A stretch of 62,875 nucleotides of DNA, filler included, from Octopus bimaculoides (lineage: Eukaryota), in NCBI RefSeq assembly GCF_001194135.2. It is 7 parts of 6 records of this genome, joined end to end, with 100 filler letters (N's around TTAATTAATTAA, not from the genome) between each part and the next. Parts side by side here need not be neighbours in the genome. Positions count along the whole stretch, not along the records: positions 37,073 to 40,856 come from NC_068981.1; positions 40,957 to 44,943 come from NC_068985.1; positions 45,044 to 49,901 come from NC_068987.1; positions 50,002 to 62,875 come from NC_069000.1; 3 more parts are not named here. One strand, 5' to 3'. This document shows, one piece after another, positions 38,492-50,189 of the stretch. Below the pieces are notes generated by a model. It was not told the DNA's origin and did no database searches. It saw only the letters and a list, made by a program, of their open reading frames with translations. Position 1 is the first letter of the stretch. Every line of letters begins with the position of its first letter. A program made the position numbers and the translations under genes.

Positions 38492-39403
38492 CGCGGCGCG
38501 TTCAAAAAGTATCCGACTTAATTTTTTTTTTGCCAAAACTAATGCTGTTTGGGAAAAATCCTTTGGATAGGAGGTGATGCCACCTTCGTTGTGGATGCGC
38601 GAAAATTTTCGCGCCGGTAGGCCGTATCAGTTCCCGGCTGTTACGCCTAGAGTACAGACGTGTAGTGCTCGCATGTCGGTTTTTCGTTTTCATGCAAGAT
38701 GACCGAACGCATCAAGCAGAGAACATAAGCCCATGTCTCATCACTAGTGATGATGGTCTTCATGAAGTCTGGATCGTGGTTAACACAGTCCAGCATGTCC
38801 TGAGCGATTTCAATGCTGAGTTGCTTCTGTTGCTCCACCAGCACCTTGAGGACAAATTTTGTCGACACTCTCCGCATGCATAAATTCTCCGTTAAAATGT
38901 AATGCACTGATCCTGTGCTTAATTCCTACTTCGTGAGCAATTTCTTGGATTGTTACACGACAATCTTCCATGACTATTCGCCAAACCCTCTCAATCGGTT
39001 CCTCGTTTCGGCTTGTGGATAGCCTGCCTGGGTTTGCCTCGCTCTCCACTGAGGTACGGTCATGTTTGAAGCGGTTGTACCACTCCTTGGTCTGAGTTTT
39101 GCCCATGCTGAAAGCCTGCTGAATCTTCTGGATGGTTTCAGCTAGAGTTTCACCAGGCTTTTGGCAAAACATGAAGCAATATCTCTGCTCGATATGTTCG
39201 GTAAAAACGAAAATCCGACGAGCGGGCACTATACGTCTGTACTTTAGGTGTATAGGCCTGGAGCTGGCACGGCCTACCGGCGCAAAAATTTCCATGTATG
39301 TACAGGAAGGGTGGCGTCACCTTCCACTCAAAGTATTCTTCCCGTGCAGCATTAATTTTAGCAGAAAAACAAATGAAGGCAGATACTTTTTAAACACACC
39401 TCG
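38492..39403 (-). mobile_element. Non-autonomous mariner with ~230-bp inverted arms (two 5' ends) and an N-terminal transposase half
   Basis: TIRs cgcggcgcgttcaaaaagtatccgac / agatactttttaaacacacctcg, TA-flanked. Minus strand encodes EHIEQRYCFMFCQKPG...KEWYNRFK...GRLSTS...MRRVSTKFV...IITSDETW. Confidence 0.9.
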
Positions 39404-39884
39404 TACATACATGCATACATACATAATACATACATACATACATACATACGTGTGTGTGTGTGTGTGTGATATACTAATCTGACATGTCTCTCCATGTTCT
39501 ATGGAGAACGGGATTTAACTCGACTAATCTAATCTTGTGTATATATATTGTAAATTATATCTGATGATAAACCTTACAAACTTTAGCTGTCGTCGCTGTG
39601 ACAAATAGTATAATACAGGTGGGAACTGGAAAAGCTAAATACATTTGGCCACATGTATTAGATTACACAACACAGTAATGACTAAATTTCCTTTGCTTGC
39701 AGAATATACTTCACTACACATTTCATATGACATTCATGAATACATAGATATATACGCTCATAAGTATATACGACATACCTGCAATACGTATATACATATA
39801 TACGTACATACACAAACATAATACGTACATACATACATACAAACATACATGTCTGCATGCATGCATGCATGCATACATACATAC

Positions 39885-40113
39885 GGCGAGCTGGCAGAAA
39901 CGTTAGCACGCCGGGCGAAATGCTTAGCGGTATTTCGTCTGCCGCTACGTTCAGAGTTCAAATTCCGCCGAGGTCCACTTTGCCTTTCATCCTTTCGGGG
40001 TCGATTAAATAAGTTCCAGTTACGCAACTGGGGTCGATATAATCGACTTAATCCGTTTGTCTATCCTTGTTGGTCCCCTCTGTGTGTAGCCCCTTGTGGG
40101 TAGTAAAGAAATA
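39885..40113 (+). mobile_element. SINE-A, full-length, young tail type
   Basis: A-box-like tggcagaaacg, B-box-like gagttcaaattcc, core, and tail ending gggtagtaaagaaata. Confidence 0.9.
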
Positions 40114-40179
40114 ATACATACATACATACATACGTACATACATCCATACATCCATATGACATTCATGCATACATAGATA

Positions 40180-40608
40180 CCGTAAATCCTCGAGTATAAT
40201 CCGCATTTTTTTCCCAAAATTTAAAGGTCAAAATTTCTAGTGCGTACTATATACGAAGTTAAAAATGAAAAATATTTTCTAAGCAAAATTTACAAATGAT
40301 AAATATGTAAAGGCAATTTACTTAATATTTATTTTTCACTGACGTTATTACTGTTATTTCTTTATTTTCTGCAAACAAAGTGAACAAAAAAGCTACACGT
40401 TTGCATTATGTTATATATATACTATAATAATAATACATATTATTATCGTATATATGTTTACAAACCAAGGACGTTATATAGACCTCCTTGACTCAGGTTA
40501 GAGAAGAGGTGCGTATTATACACAGGGTTTAGGTTTTTCATAGGTACAGCCCCCTAAAAATCCCCTGCGTATTATACTCAAGGGCGGACTATACTCGAGG
40601 ATTTACGG
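40180..40608. mobile_element. 429-bp non-autonomous Tc1/mariner-superfamily element with CCGTA ends (Tc2/pogo-like)
   Basis: TIR ccgtaaatcctcgagtataatccgc / gcggactatactcgaggatttacgg; TA target duplication confirmed by an empty paralogous site at 39749. Confidence 0.9.
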
Positions 40609-40956
40609 TATATACGCTCATACGACATACCTGCAATACATATATACATATATACGTACATACACAAATATAATACGTACATACATACAAACACACATGC
40701 CTGCCTGTATGCATGCATACATACATTCATACGTGCATACATCCATGCATCCATACATACATATATCATTGATAAGAAGTTTGCAAATTCAGTACCCAAG
40801 ATACACTTTTCAGCTTTATGCTCATTATTATTATAGGAGAAACAGGATACATACTCNNNNNNNNNNNNNNNNNNNNNNNNNNNNNNNNNNNNNNNNNNNN
40901 TTAATTAATTAANNNNNNNNNNNNNNNNNNNNNNNNNNNNNNNNNNNNNNNNNNNN

Positions 40957-41091
40957 CATCACCATCATCATCATCACCATCATCACCATCATCATCATCA
41001 TCACCATCATCACCACCACCATCATCATCATCATCATCATCATCACCATCATCATCATCACCATCACCACCACCATCATCATCATCACCAC

Positions 41092-41129
<38 letters not shown>

Positions 41130-41170
41130 ATATCATCAGCAGCAGCAGCAGCAAGTGCATCATCATCATC
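40957..41170. repeat. (CAT)/(CAC)/(CAG)n microsatellite
   Basis: Directly visible. Confidence 0.9.
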
Positions 41171-41644
41171 ACCACTTTTCTCTCCCACTTTTCTCTCCCT
41201 CTCCATCTTATTATTCCATTTTCCTTTGCATCTTCATCTTCTCCATCTTTTCCTTTGACCGTTGCACCAAACCCATGCTGTCCAGTCCAAACAGCCAAGA
41301 GCTTGTTTCTTCATAACGACTTGCCAACAGACAACTCTCAAATGGTTCACAGTGAATATAAAGTACTACAAAATAAGGAACCACTCACTTCTGTAAATAT
41401 ATGCGAATTTCGGTTCCACCTGGCCCTATTTACAGCCATTTCTATTAACATACAAACTATATATTCCATTTCATTTTGGGATAAAACAGTCCCTAATCCG
41501 TGTTGTACTCCTAGTGTTCAACTATTATCGTGGAGACCGTCTCTTCTCTAGATTAAATTGAGTCGAATTTGAAAGTATGGAATTTACGTAAAAAGGCAAA
41601 GGTGTACAGAGAAGATACATTTAATATTTTTTCTACATATTATA

Positions 41645-42304
41645 GGCGCAGGCGTGGCTGTGTGGTAAGAATCTTCCTTCTCAACAACACGGTTCTGGGG
41701 TCAGTCCCATTGCGTGGTATCTTGGGTAAGTATCTTCTTACTTCTTTATTGCCCACAAGGGGCTAAACATAGAGGGGACAAACAAGGATAGACAAAGGGA
41801 TTAAGTCGATTGCATCGACCCCAGTGTGTAACTGGTACTTAATTTATCGACCNNNNNNNNNNNNNNNNNNNNNNNNNNNNNNNNNNNNNNNNNNNNNNNN
41901 NNNNNNNNNNNNNNNNNNNNNNNNNNNNNNNNNNNNNNNNNNNNNNNNNNNNNNNNNNNNNNNNNNNNNNNNNNNNNNNNNNNNNNNNNNNNNNNNNNNN
42001 NNNNNNNNNNNNNNNNNNNNNNNNNNNNNNNNNNNNNNNNNNNNNNNNNNNNNNNNNNNNNNNATTAAATCGACCCCAGTGCGTAACTGGTACTTAATTT
42101 ATCGACCCCGAAAGGATGAAAGGTAAAGTCGACCTCAGCGGAATTTGAACTCAGAACGTAACGGCAGAGGAAATACCGCTAAGCATTTCGCCCGGCGTGC
42201 TAACGATTCTGCCAGCTCACCGCCTTGGGTAAGTATCTTCTGCTATAGCCTCGGGCCGACCAAAACCTCGTGAGTGGACTTGATAGACGGAAACTGAAAG
42301 AAGC

Positions 42305-42359
<55 letters not shown>

Positions 42360-42608
42360 CTGTGTGTGTGTGCGTGCGTGTGTGTGTGTATGTGTATTCG
42401 TGTGTGTATGCGTGTGTGTGTGTCTATGTTTGTTCTCCACACCGCTTGACGACCAGTGTTGATATGTTTACGTTATCGAAACTTAGCGGTGTGGCAAAAG
42501 AGAAAGAAGGAATAAGTAGTAGGTCTTAAAAAAAAAATGTCCTGGGTCGATTCATTCGACTAAAAAATTCTTCAAGGCGTTGCTCTAGTCTAACGACTGA
42601 AACAAGTG
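41645..42608 (+). mobile_element. SINE-B interrupted by an antisense SINE-A (41739-42224) with a 17-bp TSD
   Basis: ttgggtaagtatcttct occurs at 41722-41738 and 42225-42241. Confidence 0.9.
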
Positions 42609-44886
42609 TTAGATTATAAATATACTAAAGTTTCCAGTCGCTGATAGCTATGTACAGTTCTATTTTGTTCTTCTTTGGAACCAGTGCGACGTAACCTGAA
42701 ACAATTCAATTAAGCTATAAAACGTTTTACGAAGTTAGACATGTTTTACAGAAAGAAAATAATATGAAGTTTAAATCCCTTCTTTCTAAACTCTTTGTAG
42801 TTCTAAGTTTACATGTCTACTCCACTATCCTTGAGAAACCATGATTTCGTTCAATCCAATCTCCATTCTTCCCATCATTCACTTCTCGCTTGGATTTTAG
42901 CAACAGTGTATTCTAGTTAATCCGGCTGAAAGATCCTCTCAGCTATTCATCCACTAAGCTTTGCCGGGGGCCATAAGTCATTTTGTCATACACAGCCGTT
43001 TTAGTACCACCTTCTTGGTTGGCGTCGCCTATTTGGTTATTTACAATTAATAAATTGTAAAGTCTATCTTCTCCCCTCTCTCTATCTGTACGTGTATGCA
43101 TGCGTGCGTACGTGTGTGTATTGTGAGTGGGTGTGCGTGTGTTAACCTTCAGTGCCAAATAGTACTGTCACTACTGTCACTAAAATACGTTATATGCCCA
43201 GTCAGCCGTGCCAAATTGTCTGAGTCCAAACAGCTGTGCCCAATCGTCTCACTTCGATATATACATACATACACATATTATGTATATATTGATATATTGA
43301 TATATATATACACATACACATATTATGTATATATTGATATGTGTGTCTTGTTTTCCATTCGTTTCTCTCTTTATTTGCGTACCCAACGTTATTTTCGTAT
43401 ATCATGTTTGTTTATGTTTTGTGACGTCTTGTACCCATATATGCATAGCTATATACGTATGTATGTACATATGTGTGTCTATATATGCATATATATATAT
43501 ATTTATTATTTGATTAAACGGCACGCATCCATTTCCAAGTAAGTCTTTTCTTAATATATATATATATATATAGCTCTGGCATTTGAAACTCTGAGTACTA
43601 TTATGACAAATTACTGATTGTCCTAAACTATACATACATACATACGTGTGTGTGTATGTGTGCGCGCGCGCGCGTATGTGCATGTATGTGTGTGTGGTAA
43701 CTTTCTGAAACATGGATAATTTAATAAAATTTTCTACATACACGTCTCAAATGGTGTCGATTACGATTATATCGGAATTTGTTGCGTAAAGCATTTTCTC
43801 TCTCTCTTTGAAATTAACTCAATGGTAGCCGTTCCATTACGTGCTTGTTTAGTATGCTAGAACTAGCAGTTATTAAGCATTGAAGACAACCACTATCTGC
43901 TCTAATATGTCGCAAAGAGGGAAAAAATGTCCTTTGCAGTATACGAGAAGCCAAGATTAGTTGATAGCACACGAAAAGAAAAAAAAGAGGAAAAAAATAT
44001 AATTCCGAGGTGAGAGGAGGATTACAAGGGCCCACCCCACTCCGATTTCGGCGGAAATAAGTCTTTGGGGTATATTAGGAGATGAGATCAGTTGACAGCA
44101 CAAAAAATTAGAAGAATTAAACAAGGAAATAACAAAAACAAACAAAACAAAACAAAACAAAAAAAATCAAAATAAGAAACAAAAAACGAAAGCAATAAAA
44201 CCTGTAAGAATTAATTAACAAGCATCAAGCACGTTAATAATGATTACATAACATTCCATGTCAAAATGACAACATCAAGTCACATACACACACACACACA
44301 TACACATATTGATAGCGAACAAATATCCTTTGCAAACAAATATATACGAAAAAAAATAAAGTTTCCAAAATCACTGAAGACACAAGATAGAAACTTAACA
44401 TGCAAAATTATACATTTTCTGCTTAAAACATGACTCTCCTTTCTGTCCATCTGACACCAGAAAAGCCCCAGGCCCTGAGAAAATCACATCTATCTTTCAG
44501 AATGCATAGAATTTGTAGGAATTATTGCATTCACTAACAAGAAATCTATATATTGTTACTCCAAATACTAGACATATAAGCTAAGCCTAAAATTTAGAAA
44601 CTGCTCTCTTAAAATGAGAAGGATAAATTGGATTATATAGTCTAAATAAACGTCTGAATAAGCAATGGGATGGTTTTTAATTATAGGTCTATTTTCACGT
44701 TACTGCATATCTCCAACAGCTCAGTGAAATTATAACAAGCTTAAAACCTAATAAAAATCTCACTAATACAAACCTAACACCTTCCTAAACAACTGTCTAT
44801 AGTAATAAAGTTACCTCCCATCTTTGGTTGAACCAGCCAGCGTCAAAGGATTTTGACATGAGCTACTTGCTTCTCTATCTTTCTGT

Positions 44887-44943
<57 letters not shown>

Positions 44944-45208
44944 NNNNNNNNNNNNNNNNNNNNNNNNNNNNNNNNNNNNNNNNNNNNTTAATTAATTAAN
45001 NNNNNNNNNNNNNNNNNNNNNNNNNNNNNNNNNNNNNNNNNNNGGTTTGTTTGTTTATTTCGTTTTATCGTTTAGTTTAAAAGAGTAGTAGTGCACATGA
45101 CTATTTTCAGAAGGTCTGAGTCTGAATGAGGAGCGGTAAGAAAGTCTCCTTAAACCGAAGACCTGGTTCGAATGCTTGCATTAAACCAGGGTACACTCTG
45201 CTATTTTG

Positions 45209-45444
45209 AAGGCGGCGAGCTGGCAGAATCGTTAGCACGCCGGGTGAAATACTTAGCGGTGTTTCGTCTGCCGTTACGTTCTGAGTTCAAATTCCGCCGA
45301 GGTCGACTTTGCCTTTCATCCTTTCGGAGTCGATAAATTAAGTACCAGTTACGCACTGGAGTCGATGTAATCGACTTAATCCCTTCGTCTGTCCTTGTTT
45401 GTCCCCTCTATGTTTAGCCCCTTGTGGGTAATAAAGAAATAAGA
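45209..45444 (+). mobile_element. SINE-A, full-length, with a 13-bp TSD
   Basis: gtacactctgcta at 45191-45203 and 45445-45457. Confidence 0.9.
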
Positions 45445-46326
45445 GTACACTCTGCTAGATGTACCAAAGAGCCTAGTGGTGATGTTAAAGCGTGCTTGGA
45501 ATAGTAATCCGTTCCGTCATAGATCACATACTACCGTAAATAAAAAACGAAAAGAAATTATAAACGATAATGCATTCCAGCATGTAAAAGCAACTGGCTC
45601 AGTGTTTTGGGTATTGAGCACACGTTCGTTAGGTAGTGTTTTCTATTCTCGGACCGAGCAGAGCATTGCGTCATTGAACAAGACACTTCATTTAACCTTC
45701 TATCAGCATACACAATCGAAAATGAGTACCAGTGAAAACTGAGCGTGTGGTGAGGGATTAGTATCTCAGCGTGTTGGGTGGCAGGGAAATAAGTCAGTTT
45801 TATATTGTCAGCTTAGACGCCATGCAAATCTGGATAAACTTCGGACTCATAATATTGATTACGATATATGCGCAAGTCTACGCATGTTATTACCTTCTCC
45901 TACATAGCTGAGCCAAGATAATAGCAGTATACTGTCACCCATTTCTCCCCGTGTCCTGATGAAGACGTTCTAACCCCCGAAATACTGAAGGAATACATGC
46001 TAAAACATTAATTGTTGTTCTGATTTCACGCCTGTATTTCGCTTATTTTTCATTGTGTAGGCCTTTAAACAAGTTTTAATTTATTGTGTGTGTGGCTATA
46101 CGAACATAATGCGTTATGCATGTATTCGATATGTTTCCACAAAGCTTTGACCGACCCAAGTCCTTGATAGAATGCATTTGTCCAAAGTTCTTCGCAGCGA
46201 TATCAAACCTGGAACCACGTCATAAGAAAGTAAGCTTCTTAAACTTACGGGCATTCCATCAAATGACTAATTCAGATAGGCACATAAATAGCTACGTTCT
46301 TTACTTGTCATTAATAATCCTGTCGT

Positions 46327-46454
46327 GGAGGCGCAATGGCCCGGTGGTTAGGGCAGCGGACTCGTGGTCATAGGATCGCGGTTTCGATTCCCAGACCGGG
46401 CGTTGTGAGTGTTTATTGAGCGAAAACACCTAAAGCTCCACGAGGCTCCGGCAG
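46327..46454 (+). mobile_element. SINE-C 5' part (tRNA-derived head)
   Basis: A box tggcccggtgg and B box ggtttcgattcc, followed by a non-tRNA body. Not a complete tRNA cloverleaf. Confidence 0.8.
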
Positions 46455-47204
46455 AAACACCATTACTCACNNNNNNNNNNNNNNNNNNNNNNNNNNNNNN
46501 NNNNNNNNNNNNNNNNNNNNNNNNNNNNNNNNNNNNNNNNNNNNNNNNNNNNNNNNNNNNNNNNNNNNNNNNNNNNNNNNNNNNNNNNNNNNNNNNNNNN
46601 NNNNNNNNNNNNNNNNNNNNNNNNNNNNNNNNNNNNNNNNNNNNNNNNNNNNNNNNNNNNNNNNNNNNNNNNNNNNNNNNNNNNNNNNNNNNNNNNNNNN
46701 NNNNNNNNNNNNNNNNNNNNNNNNNNNNNNNNNNNNNNNNNNNNNNNNNNNNNNNNNNNNNNNNNNNNNNNNNNNNNNNNNNNNNNNNNNNNNNNNNNNN
46801 NNNNNNNNNNNNNNNNNNNNNNNNNNNNNNNNNNNNNNNNNNNNNNNNNNNNNNNNNNNNNNNNNNNNNNNNNNNNNNNNNNNNNNNNNNNNNNNNNNNN
46901 NNNNNNNNNNNNNNNNNNNNNNNNNNNNNNNNNNNNNNNNNNNNNNNNNNNNNNNNNNNNNNNNNNNNNNNNNNNNNNNNNNNNNNNNNNNNNNNNNNNN
47001 NNNNNNNNNNNNNNNNNNNACGGTTTTTATTTCTTGAGTTCAAATCCTGTCGAGGTCAACTTTGCCCTCGTTCTTTCGTGCTCAATAAAATAAGATATCA
47101 GTCAAGTATTAGAGTCTTTATTGTCGCCTAACCTCAAAACTTTAATAATTGCTGTCGTTGTACCTAAAACAAACGATTTTTATATCATAAATACTAATTA
47201 CCTT

Positions 47205-47345
47205 GCCCGGAAACTGGTGAAGGTTGGCAATAGGAAGGGCATCCCGCCACAGAAAATTTGTTCCCGAAATTTTATCTGACCCATGTAAGCGTGGAAAAGT
47301 GGACGCTAAATGATGATGATGTTAATGGTGATGATGATGATGATG
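47205..47345 (+). mobile_element. RTE-type 3' tail remnant
   Basis: ggttggcaataggaagggcatcc...ggaaaagtggacgctaaa(tga)n. Confidence 0.65.
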
Positions 47346-47811
47346 ATACTGAATCACTGGAGAAAGAGCTTTCTGAAAGGCCTCTGAGAAGGATAATGGG
47401 GGGAGGGAGATGATTAAATCCTTATCCACGAATTACCCGCAGAGCAGAGACCAAGTGTAAATACTTGAAGGTATAAATTTTTGGAAAACTTGTATTTCCG
47501 AAGGAACGGAAGTTTGAGTCTAGTAATTCTGTTTTGGTGAATGTTACATAAACTTAAGGAAGAGTACAAATTACATAAGATAACCAGGTAGATACAGAAG
47601 CTAATATATTAATGAAATTTTAACTTCTTCCTTAGTTTAATGTTTCAATTTGGAATGTACGCTTAGTTACCTTTGAAAGTTGAATATGCACAAGCATGTA
47701 CGAATGACGAAATGCATCGTTTACGTAATAGATTTTTCCTGTTCGACATTGTAGGTGGCTGTTAAAAACATCCGCGATGACTTTTGCTGTGTTTTACTAT
47801 GCAAATATTTC

Positions 47812-47990
47812 TTTACTCTTTTATTTATTCCAGGCATTGGACTGCGGTCATGCTGGAGCACTGTCTGGCGATGATAGCATAGGAAGCAGACTTAACAGAG
47901 AACGAGCTCTAGTGTCGGTATGTTCGACCAAACCCTTCAAGGAAGTGCCCCAGCATGACCGCAGTCCAATGACTGAAACGAGGAAAAAGA
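47812..47990. mobile_element. Inverted pair of SINE-B 3' tails
   Basis: 47835-47861 and 47945-47971 are reverse complements at 26/27 positions. Confidence 0.7.
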
Positions 47991-48099
47991 AGAAAAAGAA
48001 GAAAACATGGGGATAGATATGCCTCAGTACTTTTAGTAGTATTATGTGTCCTAGCTTGTATTTTGTTATTTTTTTTACCTAAGGGTATGATCAACTGTT

Positions 48100-48556
48100 G
48101 TAGGAGCATTTGTCAGATGTTAATTTGCTGTCTGACCAATTGTCATGTACTGAGAAATTGTCATATGAGACTTTGTTCTATAAGAAATTTTATCATTTAA
48201 GAAGTCGTTCACTGAGCAGTTGTTCTATCGAGCCATTGTCACATCAGTAATTGTCTCCTGAGCAAGTGCCTTTACGGCCATTATCTACACGGCAATCGTC
48301 ATGAGAGCAAATGCCATCTGAGCAAATGTTTTCTGAACTAAACTATTGTCACATGTGAGCAATTCTCATCTAAAAAAAGTTTTCTTGAATAATTGTCATT
48401 TGTAAAATTATCACATTTACGATTGCCACCTGAACAATTTTTTGGTGAACAATTAAAATTTTCCTGTGTGCAATCACCGACTTCTCAAAAATTGTGAAAG
48501 TTGAGCAATCGTCTTCTGACCAATTACTTTCTGCTGAGCAATTGTCACATGGTCAA
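48100..48556. repeat. Degenerate ~15-bp tandem array (consensus about GAGCAATTGTCACAT)
   Basis: gagcaaatgccatct, gagcaaatgttttct, gagccattgtcacat, gagaaattgtcatat and gagcaattgtcacat recur. Confidence 0.7.
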
Positions 48557-48569
48557 CTATCATCTAGAC

Positions 48570-49192
48570 CAGAGGTTCTCAACAATTTTTCTCCTATGGA
48601 CCCCTTTGATTCCTATTTTCATTGGATGGACCCTCAGTAAGTAGCTTGCTTACCAACCAAAAGGTTCTGGGTTCAGTCCCACTGCGTGGCACCTTGGGCA
48701 AGTGTCTTCTGCTATAGCCTCGGGCCGACCAAAGCCTTGTGAGTGGATTTGGTAGACGGAAACTGAAAGAAGCCCGTCGTATATATGTAAATATATATAT
48801 ATATAGAGAGAGATGTATGTGTGTTTGTGTGTCTGTGTTTGTCCGTCCACCATCGCTTGACAACCGATGCTGGTGTGTTTATGTCCCCGTAACTTAGCGG
48901 TTCAGCAAAAAGAGAGCGATATAATAAGTACTAGGCTTACAAAGAATAAGTCCTGGGGTCGATTAGCTCGACTAAAGGCGGTGCTCCAGCATGGCCGCAG
49001 TCAAATGACTGAAACAAGTAAAAAAAAAAGAGTATATTTTTACTATTAGATCTTATTAGGAATTGTATTAGAAAAATTCTTAGAATATTTTGTGTTTTGT
49101 AGAAGTATAACCGATTTATTGCTCATAAATTTTGACGACAAAATCTTACATGGAGTCTCATGGTTCATATGGACCCCAGATGAGAACCACAG
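48570..49192. mobile_element. hAT-Charlie-like MITE interrupted by a SINE-B (48636-49032)
   Basis: Ends cagaggttctcaac / gatgagaaccacag; flanks atctagac / ttccagaa resemble a decayed NTCTAGAN 8-bp TSD. Confidence 0.6.
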
Positions 49193-49664
49193 TTCCAGAA
49201 AATTGCCTTTTCAATAATTGAAAAGCCTTCAATGATTACTACTACAAGAAGAAGAGTTTGTCTGGTATTCATTAACCAGCTCAGTTACTAACGAACTAAT
49301 TAACTAAGTAATTAACAAATAAATAAATAGATAAAACAAAGATGGTAACGCAGAGATTTTAAAGATTGTATATCTTTTTATATCCAAGAGTTATGTTCCT
49401 AATTACTGAATTAAAAATGAATTAATATAACATTTCAATACGTCAGAATTTGTCTCAACTTTCGTTGAGTCATAATTAAATCAGATTGCTGCTTTTGTAG
49501 AAAATAGGATATTAAACAACTACTTTTCCTCCGATTAGAACTCAGGACCCGTTGTTCGCAACAAAATAGAAGACTATGTTAAGAGGGACAATAAATATTA
49601 CCCCCCCCCCTAAAACACGAACATTATTGTCTTGAGATGTGAGTTAGTTTTCTTAAAAGTTTTT

Positions 49665-49901
49665 TGTTGTTGGCACTCCGTCGCTTACGACGGTGAGGGT
49701 TCCAGTTGATCCGATCAACAGAACAGCCTGCTCGTGAAATTAACGTGCAAGTGGCTGAGCACTCCACAGACACGTGTACCTTTAACGTAGTTCTCGGGGA
49801 TATTCAGCGTGACACAGTGTGACATGGCTGACCCTTTGAATTACAGGCACAACAGAAACAGAAAGTAAGAGTGAGAGAAAGTTGTGGTGGAAGAGTACAG
49901 C
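49665..49901 (-). mobile_element. Probable SINE-C 3' part
   Basis: Reverse complement ends ...gatcggatcaactggaaccctcaccgtcgtaagcgacggagtgccaacaacaa. Linkage to the SINE-C head is from recollection of the family and is not shown within the window. Confidence 0.55.
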
Positions 49902-50002
49902 NNNNNNNNNNNNNNNNNNNNNNNNNNNNNNNNNNNNNNNNNNNNTTAATTAATTAANNNNNNNNNNNNNNNNNNNNNNNNNNNNNNNNNNNNNNNNNNN
50001 NC

Positions 50003-50185
50003 ATACAGAAAATTGCACTACTGGGTACTGCACACATACTACGCAAAACACTTTCAATACAGTAACCATAAGAGCACCACAGCAAACCACAGCACATACC
50101 CAAGGCGCACAGAGCTGCGCTCGGTAGTGAAGTGAAAGCACGTTATAAAAATAAAACTACTGAACAATAATAATAATAATAATGA
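50003..50185 (+). mobile_element. R4/Dong-like 3' end, subfamily 1
   Basis: IQKIALLGTAHILRKTLSIQ* (RLE-ORF C-terminus), ~100-bp 3' UTR, (AAT)n tail. Confidence 0.8.
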
Positions 50186-50189
50186 CGAT

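Noticed and set aside
46327-46400. Possible tRNA gene
   Set aside because: A and B boxes are present, but the acceptor stem does not close and a SINE body follows; it is a tRNA-derived SINE head.
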